A DNA stretch of 64,000 bases from Octopus vulgaris. Taxonomy: Eukaryota. Positions 12,007-23,400 of this stretch are shown here, piece by piece (positions within the stretch are counted from its first letter, which is position 1; the number at the start of each line of letters is the position of its first letter). The stretch lies in the NCBI GenBank assembly GCA_951406725.2, contig OX597816.1, positions 6,882,001-6,946,000 on the forward strand. Reading direction: 5' to 3'. A program made the position numbers and the translations under genes. The notes beneath the pieces are model-generated. The model had not been told where the DNA came from. It saw nothing but the letters and a program-made list of their open reading frames with translations, and did no database searches.

Positions 12007-14234
12007 TTTATTCCGAAATATTATCAGACTAAATGGATGACTAAATTACAACAGGTATATAGGCCATTGTTTTGTACCATTCAAAGCTTTTTATTTTTAA
12101 CAAACAATACACAATGCTTCAAGCGAACTACAAGACTCTCCTACAAAAAATACTTTTCAAATTTTTCTCAAATATAAATTATGTGTCAAAGTCAAACTGC
12201 ATTCAGTGCAGCACTGGCCTGCAAATTAAAATTAATTTATGAAACTTTGTCATCGTTTTAAGCCCTTTTTTTCAGATTCATCATCAGTGTAAATACTTTT
12301 CGGTTTTATACACGGGTCCTGTCCATTTCTCCCAACCCCCTTTGACAAAGCTGGGGAAGGTTTAAGGAAACGGTGTTTACATGAATTGCATATAAAGAGT
12401 GGGAGGGAACAAAGCTATAGGAGGAATCTGAGAGGATTTTGGATTTCCAGTAAAAACTAACTTTGGATCATAAAAGAAATTACAAGATATTCATTAGTTG
12501 AAGTATTTATAAAAGAGAGGCAAACTTTGTGGTACACTATTAATCAAATGTAAAGAAATAATGCTTCACAGTTTACAAAATTTTTTTTTTTGCCAAGATT
12601 TAAACTAGTCTTTTTCAAATGTTTGTGTGTATATCCATATATACACCCTGGCACTTTCCAGATGGGCAATACCAAATTTTTGCCGTGTCAAAAACCATTG
12701 AATAACCCAAGTTAAAAATTTAGCTAAGAAACTGGGGTTTGTATCCAGGTCCAATTTTTCTCCTTTACATTGTCAGACAGCGCATGATCTTTACTGTTAT
12801 TTAAGGAGTTGGTTCTTACCCTTACATACTTCTATTTTTATTGTCATGTATTTGTTTCACTTGCTCTATCTTATATCTTCTTCCTTTCATGCCATCCACT
12901 CCTCACTTCCATCAGCTTTTACACAGACCACATACAAATATTTCTCTAGGTTCAGCTTGTATTTCTTCAAAAATCTACCCCCCCCTTTATGCTAGCCTCT
13001 TCTTTGTGTGTCTCAAACCAACTCCCCACCACCATCTTTAATACCTTCTTGTTAGTAGTCCACAGTTTTGCCACCAGACTTCCGTCCCTGTCCTAAGACT
13101 GGGTTTCGTTCTGTTTGGAGACCCTGGCAAATGATACCAACATTTTCCAGCACCAAAATCATAACTGAATGATAAAAAATTTGATGAAATAGGCAAACCC
13201 ATGTCTGGTTTTTTTTTTTTTGTCCCATTAACCATCATACATGTCCTTACACATAACATATGTGTGTGTATATATTACACACACATTAAAATAAAGCAGT
13301 AATAATTAAAATATAGAAAAATTGGGAGAAGTTATCAGATACCAAGAAAGTATGTTTTAAAGGAAGATATTCACTTCCAATTCACACTTGTTGGAATTTT
13401 GGTAAAGCCATCCGTTTTCTCTTGTAGGAAGGAGATTTTTTTTATATACAAATTACAATTTAACACTGGGGAAAATTAACAAAGCACAACCAATCCATTA
13501 ATAAGCTAAAGGCCAAACAGGCAACACCTCAAGCAAGTTATTTGCAAGTGATGATTATTAAAATACTAAAATAAAACATTTTTTTTTCTTCTTTGGACCC
13601 CGAAAACATAAATACATCATTCTTGATAGAATGAAATATTTAAGAATAGATTCTAGAGGAAATCAAGGCTGTCAATATGAAGGAATTCATTTTTTTTTTT
13701 CCTAACTGAAAAAGAAACAAAAAGGCTGAACTTTTTATTTTTTTTTGAACTTCCTTCAAAAGTTTTTCTTCACTTTTTTATTCCCTAAATCCACCGAGAT
13801 GACAGTTGAGACAGCAAATAGTTTCTTATTTTTTATTTATTTTGGTCATCAATATCAGATGAAATCCATCTTAGAAAATGGGAGATGGGACATTTACAAA
13901 TGGCTTCCACTAATGTAATGTACCATTTTTTTTTTAATTGTTTTGGTTTTTTTTTTTTTAATATATATTTAGAAAGGCTGATAGGTTTGTGTTTGTATAC
14001 CCCACCTTTTTTTTTTTTTTTTTTAGCTAAAACAAAGCTTTTATTGAAGTCCAAGGCATCCAATGTAGCCAGTAATTAAACACGATGATCACCAATACAT
14101 TTGTCCTTTTTTTTGGTTTTAAGTTCCATGGTTAGTCACAGCCAGCTGGTTCTGGTAATCAGTTGCCAAGTTTGGAATTTAAAAAAAAAAAAATAAAACA
14201 ACAGAAAATTGTTCAATGAAAAAATGCCATCAGC
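12007..14234 (-). other. Probable long UBR5 3' UTR
   Basis: About 2.2 kb after the stop with none of the repeat families that fill the introns; several minus-strand AATAAA sites, the last at 12095-12090 and 12012-12007. Confidence 0.55.
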
Positions 14235-14447
14235 TCAAACAAAACCGAAAGCTTTTGTTTTAATGGCCAATAACACTTTGCTGCGAAGAATGGCTTTTGT
14301 AGAATACAATGGGATGTAAAGCCGTGAAATACAGGTGTTGGCTGTAGGTAAATGGTCATCATCTGCTGGTCGGATAGTAATACTGGGCATTGGTTGGAAA
14401 CCTTCTTCACTTGCTGGCAAAGCTGGGCTTGAGGTCCAAAAATACAC
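14235..14447 (-). CDS. UBR5: UBR5 last coding exon with catalytic Cys ([22 protein letters not shown])
   Basis: HECT C-lobe motif, TGA stop. Confidence 0.95.
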   Translation of the reverse strand: MYFWTSSPALPASEEGFQPMPSITIRPADDDHLPTANTCISRLYIPLYSTKAILRSKVLLAIKTKAFGFV

Positions 14448-17400
14448 CTGAAGACAAGATTTCACAAGAATATCCTCTTTTAGTCAGGTCGAAAATAAAA
14501 TTTACAACTACAAAAACACCAAAAACAAAGCATCATTTATCTGAATCTTTCAACTGACAGACAACAATTATTGAGAAGCAATGACCCTCTTCATTAAAGG
14601 TTTTGCAGGAGCCAATAACTGAGTAAAGGACATGGAACAAAACTGGTTCAATGGTTAAGATTTTGGCAACGGAGTTTCATTTGGTGAAGCAAAATAAGAA
14701 TTTCTGTAATTTAAAGTTTTTTGGAAAACAAAGTGAAATATGAAATTTAATTTAACAACAGAACGGTTTTGTTCATCTATCTTGCCGGTGGCAGGTAAAA
14801 GCACCCACTACACTCTCGGAGTGGTTGGCGTTAGGAAGGGCATCCAGCTGTAGAAGCTCTGCCAGATCAAGATTGGAACCTGGTACAGCCATCTGGTTCG
14901 CCAGCCCTCAATCAAAATCGTCCAACCCATGCTGGCATGGCTTGGACAAGTATTTATGGCAATATTTCTACAGCCAAATGCTCTTGCACTCTTGCCCAGC
15001 CTGTTTTGTTTTGCAAGAAAAAGAATTTTCAACAAGCCGTTTAGCTCTGCATATGTATTGATGAACTATTATTATTAATAGTTATTTCCTGTCATCCATT
15101 CAAATGAAAAGACACAGACTATGAAAACTAAACTCTAAAATATAACTAAATATTTTGACCAACAAAACCAGTTGTCAAGTCTTGGCCCTTTTTAATACCA
15201 ACACCATTCTTGGTTCTACGATACAAATTTCCTGTTTTAAAATGGTCTAAATAGAAATCTTTCATCAAAATTTCAGGTTAATTTAGATTCCAAACAAGCT
15301 TAACCCTTTTGTTACCAACCCGGCTGAAACCAGCTCTGGCTCTGAGTACAGATGTCTTGTTTTTATAAGTTTTGAATTAAAATCTTCCACCAAACCTTAG
15401 TCCCAATTTATATTCCTAACACTAGCTTAATGATAACTAAGTTATTTTACTAAATTATTTGTTATATTTAAAATTAATTGAAAGAAACAGAGAATCTCAA
15501 CAGAAATATGGTAACGAAAGGGTTAATGAGAAAGATATTTTAACTAAATTCTTCAAGGTTTTAAAAATTGAAACAAAGAGTATTTCAAAATAAATAAATA
15601 TGGTAACAAAAGTGTTTAAAATGTCCTGAGGGGAAATTGATAAAATTGCAAAATGACAAAAAATCCCTTCTAACTAAATCAAGTTTTTCAGCCAATAATA
15701 CAACAGAAATCCTGAAAACAGAAACGTGTTTTGTCTGGAAATTGCAAGGATGAGAAATAGGACTTACTAAATCTTGTCTCTCATGGTTATTCATTTTTTC
15801 AACAACAGACCAAAACCATCGTTTAAAACGTTGCACTTTTTCACTACTTTCACCTGCGTAGAAAAATAGACATGAAACGAGTGAGAAAATACTTAAATGG
15901 TTATCACAAAAAAAAAAAAAAAAAGACATTTACAAACGCTAAGGTATGTGGTTAAGGTAATGAAAGGGATGAAGACAATTTTTGGAAAAGTTCTTGTCAT
16001 GAAAGTCCCCTACCATCATCACAATCATCATGAACTGTTATCAAAAGTGTCTGAATATCAACTTAAATCCTGCAACCATTTCAGTAACAACATCAGGTAA
16101 ACTGTTACTTCCCACTGCACAATATTCACAAACTATTTTTCTCCCTCCATCTCTTCATTCTCTAACATTGTACTGAATCTAAATATTATTTTCCTCCAAT
16201 GAAGGGATTCTAATGAGAATTAGAATATTCCTAATTATAAAATAATGATATAAGAATAAATTTGATACTTAAACTTTAATAACTTTATCAGTGTAAATGA
16301 GCTAAGCAGTGTTTACGTATTACCACAACTTAGGTTAATTGAAATGTTTGTCACATTCACAAACGTTTTTTTTTCATTGCCAATTAAATGACACCTCATT
16401 ACAAATGGCACATTTAAGAGATTTATTCACACTGGTCAGTCATTCCCTACACTACCCAGGTATTGTACATCAATCTTCAATGTAGTGATGGAGGCAACGT
16501 GACCGATGCCAGTATCACATAACTGGCACTTGTGCCAGTGGCATGTAAGAGCACCCATTACACTCTTGGAGTGGTTGGCATTAAGAAGAGCATCCAGCCG
16601 TAGAAACCATGTAAAATCAGACTGGAGTTTGGTGCAGCCCCTTGGCTTACCAGCTCTAGTCAAACCGCCCAACCATGCCAGCACTGACAACGGACGTTAA
16701 ATGATGATGATGATGATGTCAGATATTAAAACAAAAAGGTTTCACCTGCAAGTGACTTAACATTGTACTAAAAGACATCTAAAGAGGTGTCTTTGGTATG
16801 GAATCATAGAAAACATTGGTTCCCTGTTTATTTAAACACGACTCGTGAGCTCAAGGCTAACAGACCAGGATGGTAAATACCAATAAAGACAGGCAAAAAT
16901 GGTAAGAGGCAAAGGAAATATTTGAAGGAAGTGAACCTTACCACTTTCATCATTAAAGGAGGTGTAGCTAATCAGAGTTTGTACATTGATATCTCCTACT
17001 CCATTTAATAACAACCTGAAGTCTTCAGCAGTTAAGCCATCCAATGAGTTGGCAGGAATTACATCAAATACACCCAATTTTAAATGCTGCAAAAGAACAC
17101 ACAAAATTAGACTTCAGTTTTCATTTATAATTACATATGGAATTATATTCTGTAACAGTAATAAAATTATTCAAATAAGCCAAGATTTATTCCAACTTAA
17201 GCTCAGACTCTCGCATCATCTTCAAATAATGTTGTTGCACACATAACATCTTTTTGGATTAATTAATGATTGTGCCTTTAATTAATGATTTGTATCTCTC
17301 TCTATATAAACGGCAGTTTGTCTGTGCGTGTTTCTGTGTGTCTGTTTTCTCGTACCCTCACTCTGACCACGGCTTTCAACCGATTCTGATGAAACTTGAC

Positions 17401-20400
17401 ACACACATAGCCCAATGTCATAATTCAAAACTAACGCAGCGGAAAATTTTGAAAAGTTCCCCCAGTTCTGAAAAAAAATCGATAAATTCGACATGGGGTC
17501 GAGAATCAGAAGGCCAAACCACAGACCGTCTAGGGGACGCAACTCCACCTTTTTTAACTCTCAAAAAAATTTACCATCATTTTTTTCCCATTTTTTTGCT
17601 ATAACTCTCTAAAAATGCTTTATAGTTATTTCCCTTACAAACCTGAGCAACGCCGGGCGATACTGCTAGTCTTTATTAAACTTTGTTTTATTTCAGTTAT
17701 CAGATGACCATTTCTTACATTGAATGACCAAAGTCATTTACAATTATTGCTAACTTTTGACACAATTTTATAAAACAAGGCAATTTCAATTTGTCTTTCT
17801 TCTTAAATGAGACACATATTCTTTTACTTGTTTCAGTCATTTGACTGCGGCCATGCTGGAGCACCGCCTTTAGTCGAGCAAATCAACCCCGGGACTTATT
17901 CTTTGTAAGCCCAGTACTTATTCTATTGGTCTCTTTTGCCGAACCACTAAGTGACGGGGACGTAAACACACCAGCAATGCTAGGGAGACAAACACAGACA
18001 CACAAACACACATATATACATATATACGACAGGCTTCTTTCAGTTTCCGTCTACCAAATCCACTCACAGGGCATTGGTCGGCCCGGGGTAATAGCAGAAG
18101 GCACTTGCCCAAGATGCCACGCAGTGAGACTGAACCCGGAACCATGTGGTTGGTTAGCAAGCTACTTACCACACAGCCACTCCTGCGCCTATGTTAATCC
18201 GCTGACAGTTTTGATGGGTTTTCTTGTACAAATTTTAGAAACACAAAAATAAAATATTCTAGATGATACACCTTAATGTTTGATATCAGTAGGAGTGAAA
18301 ATAAATTGAAAAGAAAAGAAACTTGGGAGATATTTCTTGTGATCTAGAGATGATAACCTGAAAATATGAAGTTCAAGGAACCCACCCAACCCCGTACAAA
18401 AATTATGGACATGTGTTGAGGAGGGACGAGGATCAGGTTCTGAGGAGGGTGCTTGAGTTAGAAGTGAATGAACTGCAAAAGCAAGGTTGACCAAAGAAAA
18501 CGTGGAGGGGAAGATTGAGAGGGTTGGCTTGAGGAGGGGGGACACCCAAAACTGGGTGAGATGGTGGGAGAGCAGTTGCTGTAAGAGTGAGGTAGATCCG
18601 ACTACCCCCGTGAAAGGGGACAAACCTGGATTTTTAAATATTGGAAATTCCTCATCCATACATTTCCCTGTAGTATTTTCCCCAAGGGTAAAAACACTAC
18701 CTGCCAGTTAATATGGTTTCAAATTTTGGCACAAGGCCAGCAATTGCAGGTGAGTTGAATTGGAACCAGCTGAGCCCCAAAGAGCTCAAAGGGTTCCAAT
18801 TTTACTGACCCCCAAAAGGGATGAAAGGCAAAGTTGACCTTGGTGGAATCTGAACTCAGAATGTAAAGAACCAAAAGAAATGCTACCAAACATTTTGTCT
18901 GATATGCTAACGATTCCAGCAGCTCCAAGTAATTTGGACGAGAAAATCATTAAAACAGTAAACGAAATAAGCTAATTACGGTTGTATGAGCCACCAGGTA
19001 AACTATGGTATCAATTGTTAACAACAGTCATACAGGGATAATAATTGTTTGTTTTCTTTTACTTGTTTCAGTCATTTGACTGCAGCCATGCTGGAGCACC
19101 ACCTAATAGGGTGCTAGTCGAAGAAATCAAACCCAGGACTTAACCTTTGGAAGCCTAGTACTTATTCTATCTCTCTCTCTTTACTCTTTTACTTGTTTCA
19201 GTCATTTGACTGCGGCCATGCTGGAGCACCGCCTTTTAGTCGAGCAAATCGAACCCGGGACTTATTCTATTGTAAGCCCAGTACTTATTCTATCGGTCTC
19301 TTTTGCCGAACCGCTAAGTAACGGGGATGTAAACACACCAGCATCGGTTGTCAAGCAATGCTAGGGGGACAAACACAGACACACAAACACACACACACAC
19401 ACATATACAACAGGCTTCCTTCCGTATCGGTCAGTTTTGCCAATGATTAATTCCAAAACAATGAGAATAAATAAGCATTACGTCCGACGGAGAAATCCGA
19501 ACGCGAAACGGTCAAATGGAATGCCATACCTTTAATGCTTTCTCAGCAACTTTAACCATACGATATTCAGCATATCTTCTAACATAATCGTGAACATTCT
19601 GAGCGTTGACTTCTATATCAGCACCTCCAGCAACCAACTCAACAGTCTCACCACCCTGAAAATAGCAAAAAAGGGTCAAAACAACACAAGACATTAGCTC
19701 AAACAATAAATAAACAAATGCTTTCCATATTTGACACAAGGCCGGCAATTTCAGTGGGGGTAGGTGGGAGTAAGTCGATTACATCAGTGGTTCCCAAAGT
19801 GGGCAGTACTGTCCACCCCAACGGGGGTGGTGGAATGATCCAAGGGATGTTGAAGAAAAATGGGGTGATAATGGAGAGATTAAAGCAGGGCTATGTATGT
19901 AAAAAAAAATTTTTTTTTTTTTTTTAAGTTAAAAAAAAATAAAGGGTTAATCAGGTTAAGTTTTATTTTTGAAATACTGTTTTGAATTTGCTGCAGAAAA
20001 TGGTCTGTGATGGTGAGTTGAGGGGTGGGGGCTAGGAATGTGGCCTTAGAACCAAGGGGGTGGCAGCCTGAAAGAGTTGGGAACCACTGGATTACATCAA
20101 TCCCAGTATATGACTGGTACCTATTTTATCAACCCCCACCACCACCACCAAAGAGGATGAAAGGCAAAGTTGACCTTGGTGGAACATAGAAAAAATATGG
20201 CTCGGCATGGTCACAATTCTGCTCAGACACCATCTTCACAAATAAATAAATAAATATTGCAATGCCAAAAATAGAAACTGGGGATTTTACCTCTTCTGCA
20301 CAGAGTTCCATACAAAAATTCATATCCAGTGCAGCAAAGAGGAGCGATGCATCTTTAGTCTCAGAATCTACAACTAACTGGCGTAAACTCTCATACATAA

Positions 20401-23400
20401 CAGGATCGAAGAAGGCCAGGTCGTGCCAACCTATTTTTCTTCCTAGAATGTATTTGATTACATGACGATTGAGAAAGAGTGGACACATTTCATTTTGCAA
20501 CAAACATAAACCAATAACTCTGAAAAGACAAAGAAAAGAAAGAAAAAGAAAATATATATAAATAATAGAACAACGTCAATGGAAAGAGGACAGGAAATAA
20601 GGTGTTGTCAAAGGAATTTTAATGACAGGTGAACAAGAAAGATTATCTACAAATGACATACCTGCCAACATTTCTGAACGCATTTAGTCTTTCGGCAGAA
20701 TTTTTTCCAGGATGAGGGGAATAAAATCCTCTTTTGCCTGGTTGCCAAAATAAAGGAGCGTTATCTTCTAAGTCATCTTCATCATCGACTTCGTTACGAC
20801 TACGTTCGGAATTGGTACATTTTTTACTTTTATCAGCGGTCAAATTGAAAATATCTAAATCTAATAAGTTTTCTGGATTCATGTCTCTGCTGAAGAAACA
20901 AAACACAAGAAATATTTTAGTGAAGACAAAACATTTTAAGAAAATAATACATGTTCATTTTAAGGTTCTCAATTCAACAACAATATCAGCAAAATCATCT
21001 TCATCGTTTAACGTCCACTTTCCATGCTAGCATGGGTTTGACGGTTTGACTAAGGACTGGCGAACCAGATGGCTGCACCAGGCCCCAATCTTGATCTGGC
21101 AGGGTTTCTACAGCTGGATGCCCTTCCTAATGCCAAACACTCCGAGAGTGTAATGGGTGCTTAGCAAAATATAGAACTATAAATATCTTTATGGATGATG
21201 GACAAGTAAAACGCATGAAACCTTTTAAAATTAGTTTTTAGATTTTAAATAATATAAAGTCATTCACAGAAAGATTTAAAAACATCTTTGAAATAATTCT
21301 CATTTCAAAATGTGATGATGATGATGATGTGATGGTGCATGGAAAAGCCAGCCAGATGTTGGTAAATAAACAACTGAGAAAAACAGTCAACACATCAAGT
21401 TTCATTTTTAAATATATGTAGTTCTATTAAAAAACAATGTGGGGACCTATTTTTTCAATAATTTGACTTTGACCCCATTTTCTTCATTTGTGAAGAAATG
21501 AAACTATTTTATTATTCCTCCCTAACTGTGAAGCAAATCCATGCATTATCACAATTTTGGTCAAAACATCATCATCATCATCATCATCGTTTAACGTCCG
21601 TTTTCCGCGCTAGCATGGGTTGGACGGTTCGACCCGTGTCTGGGAAGCCAGGGGCTGCACCAGGCTCCAGTCTGATCTGGCAGAGTTTCTACAGCTGGAT
21701 GCCCTTCCTAACGCCAACCACTCCGCGAGTGTAGTGGGTGCTTTTTACGTGCCACCTGCACAGGTGCCGGGGGGGGGGGTCCGGTTTCGGCCACGATCGG
21801 TTGGAGCTTTTAACGTGCCACCGGCACGGGAGCCAGCCGAGGCGGAGCTGGCAACAGCAGTCATATATAATTATGTAATTCTCAACGAGTACATCAAGTT
21901 GCAAATGAGTGCCACACGCAAACAGAGCCTGTAAAAGAGGACAATTGCAGAATTAACCAATGTTTTTAAGCAGTCGACACAATTGAATTGATGATCCCTG
22001 TTGGGTATGGCACAGGGAATGGGAAATTATTCCAGTGTACCAGGAGATCCTTAAATGATATTTCCTCTGCAACACTTTCAAGAGTATTGAACCAGTTAAT
22101 AACTATTCTTATCATCATCGGCAGCAAGCTGGTAGAATCATGACTGCGCTGAACAAAATGCTTCACAGCATTTCTTCCACCTATACAATCTGCATTCAAA
22201 TGCCGCCAGGGTCCAACTTTGCCTTTCATCTTTTCAAGGTCAATAAAATAAGTACCAGCTGAGCCTTGTGGGGGGGGGGGGGTCAATGTTATCAGCTTAC
22301 CCCCTCCCCCAAAGTTGCTGCTCTTGTGCCACAACTTCAACCCATTATTATGGATGTTGAATTCTTAAAATTTTAGCATTGATTAAAGAGAGATCAATTC
22401 AACTGGTTAATTAGCAAACCCTACGAACATTCATTGCACCAGGCTCCAATCTGATCTGGCAATGTTTCTACAGCTGGATGCCCTTCCTAATGCCAACCAC
22501 TCTGAGAGCGTAGTGGGTGCTTTTTATGTGCCACAAGCATGGGAGCCAGTCAGGCAGCACTGGCAATGATCACACTCGAATGGTGCTTTTTACATGCCAC
22601 CGGCACGAGAGTCAGTCAGGTGGCGCTGGCAATGATCACACTTGAACAGTGCTTTTTACGTGCCACCAGCACAGTAGCCAGAATGGTGTTTTTTTACATA
22701 CCACCAGCATGGGAGCACTGGCAATGACCACACTTGAATGGTGCTTTTATACGTGCCAGTCAGGCAGTACTGGCATTGGCCACGACAATGATGTCACTTG
22801 ATTCAACAGGTCTTCTCGAGCACATCATGTTGCCCAATGATTGAAGGGTACTCTTAAATGGGTCGGTTATGCAACACTGTTACAGGTCACAACTACGGCC
22901 TTAGTTGGCTTGCCAAAGGAAAACTATTGACTCAAATCATTTTTTTAAAAAATGAAACTGAAATGAAGAAGACAAAAAGTAAAACAGAGAGAGAGATTGG
23001 AAGAGATTTTGACTTTTATACAGAACTTACTTGCTGTGTGAAAGAATAATTTCCATTGCTTCATCAACACGCTGTCTTAGAGATTCTTCAGAGGCTAACA
23101 GAAGGAGGAGCTGCGCTGGTGACAGTTCCAATAACATTCCTGTTATTTTTGCTGCCATTGACTGTAAAAAAAAAATAAAAAAAATAAAATAAAATAGAAA
23201 AACCATCTGAGGAGTTCAAAACATTGGATTTGAGACAAAATCTTCAAGTAGTAAATTATTTTAACCCTTTTGTTACAGTATTTATTTTGAGATGCTCTGT
23301 GTTTCTTTCAATTAATTTTAAATATAACAAAGAATTTAGTAAAATAACTTAGTGTTAGGAACATAAATTGTGACTATCTTAATGATAACTAAGGTTTGGT

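Larger units (their letters stand above)
11410..12089. repeat. Inverted repeat (arms 11410-11511 and 11982-12089) with hammerhead-like core, Penelope pseudo-LTR-like
   Basis: Arms are reverse complements apart from a few substitutions and two 3-nt indels; CTGAAGA-a-GGAAT-ttt-ATTCC-GAAA at 11994-12018. Confidence 0.8.
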
